From the NCBI GenBank assembly GCA_963575745.1, contig CAUYUJ010000015.1:434001-498000 (forward strand): 64,000 nucleotides of DNA, written 5' to 3'. The position numbers and the translations under genes were made by a program. Numbering within the stretch: position 1 is the first letter of the stretch; each line of letters starts with the position of its first letter. Source of the stretch: Prorocentrum cordatum. Taxonomy: Eukaryota. Below, piece by piece: positions 46,198 through 64,000 of this stretch. Under the pieces are notes generated by a model. That model ran no database searches, was not told the origin of the DNA, and was given only the letters and a program-made list of their open reading frames with translations.

Positions 46198-49076
46198 TCA
46201 GGCAGGCTGGCCTGCTCCCTGCGCAATGGCCGCAAAGACCTGCGACGGCAGCGCCTGCACTTCCCCACCGAGGTCGTCACTGCCACCCGCCTGCCCTGAG
46301 GGCCAGAAGATCTGGCGCTCGAGGTCTTCACCAAGGGCCACGTTCAGGGCTGCAGCATTTGGGATCTGCTGCGGGAGCGGGTCCGTCTGCGGTGGCGGGT
46401 CCGTCGGCGGCGGCGGCACCCCAGGGGCGCCGTCGGCGGCGGCGGCGGAGAGCCCATGATGGCCGCGGCCGCTGGCGGGACTCCGACAGGCGGTGGCGGC
46501 GGGTCCTGGCCGTCGCGGGCCCCGCCCGCGGGGGGGCGCTGGCGGCGCGGACGGGGGTGGCACGCGGGGCGACCCCTGTGCCACCCCCGCCGCCCGAGAG
46601 GCTTCCCCCCCGCAGGTTGTGGCGGCGCTCGTAGAGCGCCGGCTCCCTGCGCGCCATCTCCAGGCGCTCCCTCTTGGCCTTGTTCCGCGCCTTCTTGCTG
46701 TAGCCCGCCCACTCTGGGTCGCTCAGTCCCCAGGCGACCTGCGCGTAGAGGTCGGTCCACTTGAACTCGGTCAGGCTCTCCCAGGTGAGCCCCTCCATCA
46801 GCACATAGTGGCCATCCCACTGTGGCTGGTGTGGAGCGTAGCGCTTGAAGACGGTGCCCACCGCCAACGGCTCGACCTTGGGCAGGTACTTCAGGAGGTC
46901 CACCGCGCTGACCACTGATATCCCCTCCTTCTTGAGCTTGTCACAGCGCAGCAAGGCCTTCAAGTCACGGATGTCCTCCTCGGGGTGCTCCGCGTGCATG
47001 TAGCACGCGCGTGGCGGGTCCGACTCTTCCTCTATGAAATCGATGCAGATTCCGTAGGAGGTCGAGTAGCGCGCACCGCAGTGGCAGTACCCGCGCTGGC
47101 CCGTCTGCCCCGCCGCCTCCCGTGCGCATGAAAGCAGCTGTGACCAGCGATCCGATCGGATCACCGAGCAGCATCCCCTGGGATTGCCCCAGGTCTTGTT
47201 GGCCGCGCACTTGTAGTGCATGTTGAACGTGAAGCCCTTGCCACGGTAGAACTGGTCCGCGTAGTCGCCCATGCGGCGGTAGGCCTCCCGCGCCGAGGCG
47301 TTGCCCTGGCACTCCTCCCTCCAGGCACGTTCGTGCCCCAGGAGGGCGTCTGCGACCCCCGAGGCTTCCAGGACGCCCTTCTTCAGCCTTCCCACATCCT
47401 CCTCCGCCTCCTTATTCAGCGCGTCGGGCCACTTCTGGACTCCGCCCTGCGCCTCCGTGCCCCTCACCATGTCCTCCTTCTTCCCCAGGGTGGGCCCCAG
47501 GCCGCCCAGCATGTGGGTGCGCATGGCTTCGAATTTGGGGACGCCATAGGCCCGTGCCATGCGCTTCAGCGATTTCTTGGAGAGGCCGAGCCGCAGCAGG
47601 GGCTCGATGTCCGTGACCTCATCCACGGTCTTGACGTCGGTCAGCTGGTGCTCCTGGTCCTCAGCATCGATGTCGGGCTGGGGGTCGTTCTCTTCATCAC
47701 TGGGAGGTTCTTCCTCGAGGGGCGGGGGTGGCGCACGGGGCGGCCCTGGCACCACCCCCACCTCCCTCGCCATCGGGCGACCAACCTCCTCCGCCACTGC
47801 TTCCGTGGCTGGGGGGGCGCCCGTGCTCTCGGGGTCGATGCCCGCCCCCGCGCCCCCCGTTGACCTCCGCAGGGCAAGCAAGCCTTCTTCGGAGAGCGCG
47901 AATCCCACCAGCACGTCCATGCCCTCCTTGATGTAGTCGAAGCTCGCACGGAACTTCGCCACTCGCTTGGCGGCGTGGTCGATGGAGCTTGGGCCCTTGT
48001 TCGCGCGCGCTGCGCGCGTCGCGGCCTCGTGCTCGGTGATGTTCTGCGTCGCCGCCACACAGCGCGAGCACGTGTACAGCTTGTACTGCCCCCCATTTGC
48101 CCTTCCTCAGTTCGGGGCATTGATGATTGCACCCTTTGGCCTCCGCATAGCGGCGCATCTCCCCGCAACTGAGCCCGTCCACGTACTCCACCGCCATGAT
48201 CTTCCAGTCGTCCAGCTCCGCGCACCTCCGACACCAGCCCAGGCGCTGCGGCGGGACCCAGTACGCACCCATGCAGTGGACGTAGCCCGCCTCAGCGTAG
48301 TCCTCCTCCGCCATCATCTCGGCATCTTCGAGTGCAGCAGGTGTGCCGTCGCTCGACTGAGGGGCCTGGCCGTAGACGGCCTTGTTGCTGCGTCGGCGGT
48401 GGCGTTTGCCTCCATGACCGCTGAGGGCACCCGTGGTCGCAGCACTCGGGGCCTCACTGCCCGTCCCGTCGTCCACGGAGCGACCGCCGTCAGCGACGCT
48501 GCGCGCACCTCGGCCGCCGCGGCCGCCCACAGCCTGCTCCCTCAGCTGGAGGTTGTGGAGCGCCAGGGTGATCGCGTCCAACCCACGGCGCTGCTCCGTG
48601 GTGAAGTTGGCGCAAGTGGCTGCCGCTGCCAGGGCGGCCGTCGTCATTGGCACCACCGCCGACGTGGGCATCGCTGAGGCCTCAGCGGGCGCCGCAGCAG
48701 TGCCGTCGCCATCGGAGGCGGCGGCACTGGGGGCGGCCCCCGTACCGCCGCCTCCGTCGGCGTCCTCGGCGGGCGTCACTGATCCCGTAGGCAGTGTCGG
48801 CGCCGTCCGAAAGGTCGCCGCCTCGGACATCATGTCGAACTCCTCGCCTTCGCTCTCCGACACGCTCACCTGCTTGCCAGGGCGCTGCGCCGGCCTTGCG
48901 TTGGAAGTGGGTGCGTCGGCCGCGGAAGCACCGCTGGCCTTCGCACGTGCCTCAGCCTTCGCCATAGCGTTCGCCGCCAAGGCCTCGCGAAGAGGCGCTG
49001 CATCATGACTCGGCGAGTCGGCGTGCGTCTTGGCAGGCCAGGGCGTCGGCGCGGGCTTCGAGAACTTGGGCGCCAT
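46198..49076 (-). pseudogene. Large frameshifted ORF (~950 codons) of unknown function with Cys/His clusters
   Basis: ATG at 49076 (MAPKFSKP..); a frameshift in the G run at ~48090 joins ..WCRRC..GCNHQCPELRKGKWG to QYKLYTCSRCVAATQ..; second cluster HYKCAANK..GCCSVI..YCHCGARY; C-terminus ambiguous (46328 or 46198). Confidence 0.7.
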
Positions 49077-49780
49077 CACTTGGTCGGGCGGCACGGAAGG
49101 TGCAGTTCGAGAGAATGTGCGAGACAAGGCCTCACGAGCCAAACAGCTGCCGAGGAAGAGAGGGAAGGGGGAGAGGCTGTACACCGAACCAAAATGGGGC
49201 GGCCGACTGCCAAGGCGGGACAAAGGTAGAACAGGAAGATTGAAGGCTGAAACCAACGGCTCCAGGTCCGTGGGAACCGACCCTTGTGCAGGCGGAAAAC
49301 GGCTTGACCCCCGTTCGGGACCCTGGACGGGCAGGAGAGGGGACAGGGGGGCGAGGAAACCACGCCGCGGGCGAGCGACAAAGCGGACGGCGGGCCGCCG
49401 ACGGCCCCAGGACCCGCGGGGCGGCCCCGATCTTTAACGCCTCTTGACGCCTCTTTAGCCAGTGGCCACGAACAGGTGCTACTGGCGGCATGAAGGCTCA
49501 GCCCGAGTGGGTTGAGGGAGCAGCCCAAGACAGAAATTAAGAGCATCACAAGTATGACGTGGCGAGAGCACAACGTGCACAAGACAGGGTGGCTACATAA
49601 CGCGGCGCGCAGAACAGACAGGACAAAGCAAGAGCGCACCATGCACGCAACAAGGGAACTGAACAGTACCGTGCACACTGCAGATGTGACTAATGTTTTA
49701 CGACTGATCAGGGCAGCAGGCAGGCAAGTGGGAAGGGGAGGGTCAGGGGGCGCACGCAAATGGGATGGAGCCACAGCTAG

Positions 49781-52700
49781 TCAAGACCGAACGCTCGGGG
49801 CGGCCCCTGCATCCAGTCCCGCTGCGTCCTCCGTCGCCAGGGCGACCTGCTCAGCGATTTGACCTTGCAGGGCGTTGGCCACTGCCGAGCGCAGGGATGA
49901 GCGTGCCGCGGGCCGTTCGGCCTCGGGCAATTCCCCCACGGCACGGCGCAGCCACGTCTCAGCCTCTGCGCCCCAGCAGCCGTTGACATCGAGAACAAAG
50001 GGCACCAGGCCAGAAAATGGGTACCTACGGTGCTTCACTTTCTCTCTGCGCTGCAGGGCTGCCTGATGCGGCCGCCCCGTCTGGGCCACAGCCACCTCGT
50101 CCACCAAGCTGATGTCGAGGCAAACTCGGCCATGGATGCCTCGATGGTAGACGACGTCCAGTGTGGCCGCGCCCTGTTCTTCCGTGTACCACTCTGGGAT
50201 GACTTGCTCCACCAGGGCGTGGTGGCCCACCCCGCGCAACCAGAGCGCCACGGCATCTCGGATGGCATTATGGCGGCGCGTCGGGCCGCCTCCCCTGGGA
50301 CAGTTGAGCGCATGGACGCCGCGAACGTCCACCGTGCGGCCGCTTGTCGGGCCGTGTTGCGCCATCGCGCGGGTGGGCGCTGCTGGTCGGTTCAGGCACG
50401 TGCACTCGGACTGCAGCAGCGGCAGATGCATGCGCCTCTTGGCCGCAATGCAGAACGCGTGGTCGGCGAGGGGCGAGACCCCCTCGAAGTTATCCAACCA
50501 GGCGCCCGCTGAGCTGCCCGAGGCACTATGCACCGCCGCCGCCGCCGTCACTGGCAGCGCGGCCATGAACGTCTTGGTGGCGTGGTCCCGCACGTGCTGA
50601 GGGTACGTCTTCTGGTCCTTGCCCTTCCGCCCCTCCAGAAGGCCCTGCCAGCGGTCACTCTGGGGGCGGCGGCCTCCTGCCAGCCGTCCCTGCTCCTCGT
50701 CTGCTGCCGAGAGGGCACGGCCAAGGCCTGGCCACCTCCGAAAGAGGCCGATCGTTGTCGTCTCTCGGAACTCCTGGGCAGCCGCGTGGATCCCAGCTTC
50801 CCAGGACGCCAGGAGGGCAGCGGTGCCGCGCTGTTCGGCGCTGCCACAGCCCAGGCCTCCGTCGCTGACCTTCGCGAAGATCTGCTCACGGGGGGCAGCC
50901 GCGACCCCCAGAAGGGCGTTGACGAAGGCGACCACTCCGTCATCCACCCGCCGCCGTGAGCGGGAGCGCCCGCTGGACGTGGACGAAGGCGCCCCTCGAC
51001 CAGATCCGCATCAACTGGAAGGCATCAAAGGCCGAAAGCCCTTGCCTGCGGAGTGTCAGGAGCTCTCGGAAGTAGCGGTCCTGCTTCTGGAGGAAGGCCT
51101 CGCCACAGGGGAATGGCGCGGCGGCGCTCGGGGCGGCCCCGGCGCCGCCAGCCTGCGCGAGGCCCACCTCGTCGAGGTCCTTTGGGACGGAAAAGTCCGT
51201 GAGCGGGACGCCCCTCCAGTCGGTGTCCACGTCGTGGTTCGTGTAGGCCAGGGTGGACCCCACCGCCTTGAGCTTCTGGACGCGGTACTGGGCGTACTCC
51301 ACACACTCAGGCGGCAGGACAGCTTGGGGATCTGGGGACCAGATCTGGGTCTTGTACATCTTCAGCTTCATCCCGCGGGCTTCGACGCGGGCTCGCCAGG
51401 CATCCAAGCCGCGGAACACAGCGGCCGCGGTGCCCACGAAGTACGTGTAGTCCAAGAAGGCCAGGCAGTCCCCTTCCGCGTCCACCGCACGCACGGCCAT
51501 GCGACCGATGCTGAGAACATCCGCGGTGCCGACCGCGTAAAAGCCCAGACTCATCGGGCAGCCCTGGTCGAGGCCACGGATCTGGTCGACCAGCTGGGCG
51601 GGCTGCGACCCGCCCCCCGCCACGTGGCGCGTGCGAGCAGGGAGCCAGGCCTCCGCCAGCGGCGCCAGAGCGGGCACCTTGGTGCGCACGGCCCCCTTCA
51701 CCAGGTCGCGGGGGATGTTGCTGAACGCATCCCCGAGGTCCACGGCCACCAACCACTTGTTTGGGCTCGAGTTGGCCATCGTGCATAGGCGTCGATGGAG
51801 GGCACCACATCCGTCCTTGGCAAGGCCAAACTGTTGGTCCCCCGCCGTCCGCATGTCTTTGTGGTGGACCTGGGCAGCGCTGCGGCCCACCATACGGCGG
51901 GTGACACTTCCACAGCCCAGGTCTCGCACATCCCCAGGGGTTGCCTTGGGGATGCCTGTGAGGCGCACCGCCGTCAGGGCGGCTAGCGCCTCGGGAGGGA
52001 GGTCGCCGATGGCCAGGCGTGCCAGCGTGTTGGCCACCGCCTCTGCCCCATCCTCGTCGCACTTGAGCGGGGCCCAGTGCTCGTAGCGCCCCCCCCCAGG
52101 CCCCGCCCCGCCGCGGCGGGGGAAGCGGCCAAACTGACGTTTGAGGTGGTTGGCCACACGGCGATGGAGCTCTGCTGCACCGTCGAGCTCGTGGGGGGCC
52201 GTAGCTGGCGGCATCGCCACACCGGCTCCCGCCATTGCGGGCCCCCTCCCTGGCCCATGTGGGGCGGCCCCAGTGCCAGGGAGAGGGCCCCATTCGCCTG
52301 GGCGAGGCGCCGCAGGCTGTTGGGTGGTGCTGAACTTCCTCACCACCGCCGCTGCATCCGCCATGTCCCCCTGGGGCCACACTGCCGCTGCCGCCCGAGA
52401 CATCTCTCCAGCTCGTGCGAGCTCGGTGACACGGCGCACACGGGCCGCGACATGATCCTCGCGGCCCTTCGCGGTGACCGCGGTGCGCGTCTGGTCCTCC
52501 ATGGAAAGCCAGGCGACGTTCCACTGGCCGTCCTGAATCCACCGTAAGCGCATCTGGAGACGCTCGCGCCGCGTCGTCGGAGTTGGGGTCACATTTTCGC
52601 TGAACAGCAGCCCGTCCAACGAGAGGAACACCTTCCACAGCCTCGTCAGCGTACTCGACGCCTGAGCATCGTTGCCCTGGCGGGCCTGCTCGATCGCCAA

Positions 52701-53659
52701 ACACAGCCGCACCTTCACGTGGCTGACGGCGGCCGCCATGCTGTCGGGGATCATGGCCGCGGTGGGTGCACCTTGCAGCAGAATGCGGCCCCACCCGATG
52801 GCATCCCACCAATCCAGATTGACAAAGCCAACCTCGTGGTACGCGTCCTCGTCCGTCACCTGATCGCCCAGGTAGTCGTCGTAGACGCCTGCTTCGAGTC
52901 CGCCATCATCGCCCGCTTCCGCAGGAGCATCGAGTGGCGGCTGCAGGATGTCCGCCGTGGTCGGCGCCGCTGCCTCGGCTGCCCCCAGGGGAGTCCCCCG
53001 TGAGCCTGGGCCATACGCCCCTGGCGCGGCGGCGGCAGGGAGCCTCGGGGCGGCCCCGGTGCTCCCTGCCGCGCCATCTCCCTGGGAGGGAGGAGTGGGG
53101 GCCTGGCCTTCGACTGTTTCCAGCAGGGGCAAGATGGGACCCCCTCGGGCCTCCAGGGCTGCCGTGAGGCGTTCCCTGTCGCCCTCGGGGAGCTGGGTGA
53201 AGCCCACCATCGCCGTCGCTGGTGTTAGGGGGCCATCGACGCAGGCCATGTGGAACCACTTCCTGCCCGCGTGAGCCTGGGAGCCCACGGGTGGCGCCAC
53301 GGCGCCTGCCACGCGCCATTCGCCCGCCTCGAAGCCTCCCGTGCAGCGGGTGCAGTGGGCCTTCTTGCCGCGAGCCGCCTGGGCGCTGACGCGCCAACGA
53401 GTGATCCGCCCTCCCGTCATGCGGCGCCGCCGCTGTGCTGGCTGGCCCTCGCTGTCCCGCATGTGGACGTCGGTGTCGCCATCCACGGGGATGTCGACCG
53501 CGTTCACGTCGGCCGACGCGCGCGCGGGGCGGCCCCGGCACCTCCGCTGCCTCCCGCAGCTGCCAGCACACCGCCTTCACCTCGGGCCGCCGCGGCGTTA
53601 CTCCCAGCCACTCGAGCCCCTGCACCTGCGTCCGCGGCGCCGCCAGCGGCCGCCGCCAT
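49781..53659 (-). pseudogene. CRE-like non-LTR retrotransposon polyprotein: PARP-type zinc finger + RT + CCHC + restriction-like endonuclease; frameshifts at ~53520 and ~50950
   Basis: zf-PARP-like: ARGKKAHCTRC..FEAGEWR..KWFHMAC..GFTQLPEGDRERL. RT: GAGPGGGRYEHW, GIPKATPGDVR, QQFGLAKDG, VAVDLGDAFSNI, RGLDQGCPMS, AFLDYTY (DD changed to DY). RLE: GGLG, HALNCPRGGGPTRRHNAIRD, LDVV, LDIS, REKVKHRRY, PFVLDVNGCWG. Confidence 0.88.
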
Positions 53660-53797
53660 CCCAGGACGTCCCTTCAGGGCAAGGAAGAGTGCTCGTAACA
53701 GTGAGGCCGCGAGAAAAGGAAGGGTGGCTGTCACCCGCGGTTTGAGGGCAGCAGTAGCCCCCCCGCCCACAGGCTCCCCAGAGCCTTGGGGGGGACG

Positions 53798-58640
<4,843 letters not shown>

Positions 58641-58777
58641 CCACGACGACGAGTATGTCTTTATTTATTTTATTTCCCAACCATCCTGTGGTGTCGGGTC
58701 CTCGTTTTGAAGAGACGGTGCTCCGCGTTCTCGCTTCCTTCCTCCCTCCCTCCTCCCCCCTCCTCCCCCTCCCACGC

Positions 58778-60580
58778 CCATTCTGGCACACCCCTCACAC
58801 GTTTCGTGGCCCCATAGGGAGCTCCACCGAAGGCCCCAGTGGCTGCGCCCGCATGCGGTTCCACCCCCCATTCTGGCACACCCCTCACACGTTTCGTGGC
58901 CCCATAGGGAGCTCCACCGAAGGCCCCAGTGGCTGCGCCCGCATGCGATTCCACACCCCCATTCTTGCACACCCCTCACACGTTTCGTGGCCCCATAGGG
59001 AGCTCTAATGAAGGCCCCAGTGGCTGCGCCCGCATGCGGTTCCCCCCCCCCCCATTCTAGCACACACCTCACACGTTTCGTGGCCCCATAGGGAACTCCA
59101 CCGAAGGCCCCAGTGGCTGCGCCCGCATGCGGTTCCACCCTACATTTTGGCACACCCCTCGCACGTTTCGTGGCCCCATAAGGAGCTCCACCGAAGGCCC
59201 CAGTGGCTGCGCCCGCATGCGGTTCCACCCGCAATTCTGGCACACCCCTCACACGCTTCGTGGCCCCATAGGGAGCCCCACCGGAGGCCCCAGTGGCTGC
59301 GCCCGCATGCGGTGCCACCCCCCATTCTGGCACACCCCTCACACGTTTCGTGGCCCCATGGGGAGCTCCATTGAAGGCCCCAGTGGCTGCGCCCGCATGC
59401 GGTTCCCCCCCCCCCCATTCTGGCACTCCCCTCACACGTTTCGTGGCCCCATAGGGAGCCCCACCGAACGCCGCAGTGGCTGCGCTCGCATGCGGTTCCA
59501 CCCCCCATTTCGGCACACCCATCACACGCTTCATTGCTCCATAGGGAGCTTCACCGAATGCCCCAGTGGCGGCGCCCGCATGCGGTTCCACCCGCAAGTC
59601 TGGCACACCCCTCACACGTTTCGTGGCCCCATAGGGAGCCCACCGAAGGCCCCAGTGGCTGCGCTCGCATGCGGTTCCACCCCCCATTCTGGCACACCCC
59701 TCACGCGTTGCGTGGCCCCATAGGGAGCTCCACCGAAGGCCCCAGTGGCTGCGCCCGCATGCGGTTCCACCCCCCATTTCGGCACACCCCTCACACGCTT
59801 CGTGGGTGGCTCCATGGGGAGCTCCACCGAACGCCCCAGTGGCTGCGCTCGCATGTGGTTCCCTCCCCCCCCATGTCGGCATACCCTTCACAGAGTTCGT
59901 GGCCCCATCGAGAGCTCCACCGAAGGCCCCAGTGGCTGCGCTCGCACGCGGTTCCACCCACTTGTTTCGGCACGCCCTTCACACGTCTCGTGGCCCCATA
60001 GGGAGCTCCACCGAACGCCGCAGTGGCTGCGCTCGCATGCGGTTCCACCCCCCATTTCGGCGCACCCCTCACACGCTTCGTGGCCCCATAGGGAGCTCCA
60101 CCGAAGGCCCCAGTGGCTGCGCTGGCATGCGGTTCCACCCCCCCATTCTGGCACACCCCTCGCACGTTTCGTGGCCCCATATGGGGCTCCACCAAAGGTC
60201 CCAGCGGCACTGTCCGCTTGCGTCCGCAACCACCCAGCACAGCCCTTGTTCCTTGCGCTTCGCCCACCCAGAACAGCGCTTCGTAGCCCTATAGGGAGCT
60301 CCACCAAAGGTCCCAGCGGCACCGCCCGCACGCGCCCGCCACCACCCTGCACAGCCTTTGTTCCCTGCCTGCGTTTCACCCACCCAGTACAGCGTTTCGT
60401 GGCCCCATAGGGAGCTCCACCGAAGGTCCCAGTGGCACCGCTCGCATGCGTCCGCCACCACGCAGCACAGCCCTTGCTGACCGCGTCTCACCCACCCAGT
60501 ACAGCGCTTCGTGGCCCCATAGGGAGCTCCACCGAAGGTCCCACTGGCACCGCCCGCATGCGTCCGCCACCACCCAGCAC
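58778..60580 (+). repeat. 90-bp satellite array (~16 copies) grading into ~114-bp variant units
   Basis: CCATTCTGGCACACCCCTCACACGTTTCGTGGCCCCATAGGGAGCTCCACCGAAGGCCCCAGTGGCTGCGCCCGCATGCGGTTCCACCC; TTCTGGCACA at 58781 and 58871; longer units after ~60190. Confidence 0.95.
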
Positions 60581-60659
60581 AACTGCGGCATTCACAACTG
60601 CATATGGTTGGGTCCTTCGCCAGGCTAATTTATTAGATACCGCCACAATTGTTAAACAT

Positions 60660-62930
<2,271 letters not shown>

Positions 62931-63449
62931 CGTTTCCCGTTACGACAACGATGACGACAAGGACGGCACTTACGACGACCACGACAACGACGACGACCAC
63001 GACAACGACGACGACGACGACGACGTCGACGAAGACTGCTGCTGCTGCTAATCATTGCCTCCTACTCCCCCTTGTCCTTTCCCCCTCATCCCGCCCCCCT
63101 TCTTCTGCATTCTCGTCGTCGAGGAGGAGGTCGACCGAGCCTGCGCGGCCGTGGACGGCCTTGCCACCGCGGCGGAGGCCGCCGCAGCCGCGAACCCCGC
63201 CGCAGCGGCGGGCCTGGCGCAGGCGGCGGGGGGAGGGGCGGGGGGGGAAGGAAAACCCCCCAGATCTCCAACTTGATTTTCCTTTTCCCGGCGGCTTTTC
63301 CTTCATCATTTTTTGTGTGTTTGCGGGGCCAGGGGCCATCAACAATGGACCCGGGGCGAAAATAGTAGAGGGAGAGTGACAACGAATCTGAAAAGATTCG
63401 TTGTCGGGTGGGGGGTCGCCCACCCTCTTTCGTCTCTTAACCGTTGAAG

Positions 63450-63734
63450 GGAAAAAGAAAAAGAGAGGAGGAAGTGAAGGGAGGGGAGGAGGAAGGGAAG
63501 GGAGAGGGAGGGAGGAGGAGGAGGGAATAGCAAGGGAAAGGAGGAGGAGGATGAGGAGGGAGGAGGAGGAGGAGGAGGAGGAAGGAGGAGGAGGAGGAGG
63601 CAGCAAGTACGAGCCGTACTGAGGAGCGCTCCCACGGCTACGCGGTGAGCAGCACGACAGAGAGCGCCGCTCTGCGCGAGCGCCACCCGAACGGCGGCGA
63701 CGCCGACGACGACGACGACGGCGGCGGCGGCGAC

Positions 63735-63768
<34 letters not shown>

Positions 63769-63915
63769 GCGACGGCGACGACGGCGACAGCCTCTCTCTC
63801 TCCCTCCCTCTCTCTCTCTCTCTCTCTTTCTCGTTATCTCTTCTTCCCGTTCCTTCTCTCTTCCTCTTCTTTTCCTTTCTTCCCCTCTCTCTCTTCCTGC
63901 CTCTCTCTTCTTCGC
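63450..63915. repeat. (GGA)n, (CGA/CGG)n and (CT)n low-complexity tracts
   Basis: Read directly. Confidence 0.85.
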
Positions 63916-64000
63916 TTCCCCCTGCTTTGCTTGCTGCACCGTGCCTGGGTTGTGAACCAGCCTCAGCTCTAAACATCGAGGCGGAAAGGATTCCGCTCTG

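Larger units (their letters stand above)
45458..53797 (-). mobile_element. 8.3-kb unit inside (TAG)n: CRE-like RT-RLE ORF, ~700-bp spacer, large Cys-rich ORF, 171-bp repeats
   Basis: Sharp (CTA)n boundaries at both ends, no internal microsatellite, both ORFs co-oriented. That it is a single element is inference. Confidence 0.6.

Noticed and set aside
58778..60580. CRISPR-like array
   Set aside because: Units repeat over their full 90 bp with no unique spacers, and no cas genes are present; the same holds for 32494-32900 and 43610-44370

Overview
Eukaryotic, GC-rich, repeat-dominated DNA, very probably from a dinoflagellate: a near-perfect dinoflagellate spliced-leader (DinoSL) copy lies at 10800-10820 on the - strand. 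About a third of the window is degenerate (CTA)n microsatellite, always CTA on the + strand. Embedded in it are: (1) an APE-RT LINE with an open ORF2 (3933-8537); (2) an SL-capped retrocopy (8925-10820, -); (3) a second LINE 3' fragment; (4) a decayed DIRS/PAT-like element carrying a tyrosine recombinase C-terminus and a C5 cytosine methyltransferase, interrupted by a hAT-like MITE and followed by split direct repeats; (5) a giant Helitron Rep-PIF1 gene (~2,900 codons, frameshifted) studded with a 17-bp motif that is always in the same frame and orientation; (6) an 8.3-kb unit bounded by (TAG)n that holds a CRE-like RT-RLE ORF with an N-terminal PARP-type zinc finger followed by a second large Cys-rich ORF of unknown function; (7) several tandem repeats (73, 90, 171, 285, 461 bp) and an inverted pair of 1.15-kb G-rich elements. 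No intact host gene, rRNA, tRNA or CRISPR array could be supported. All domain calls are by-eye motif recognition; no database search was run.
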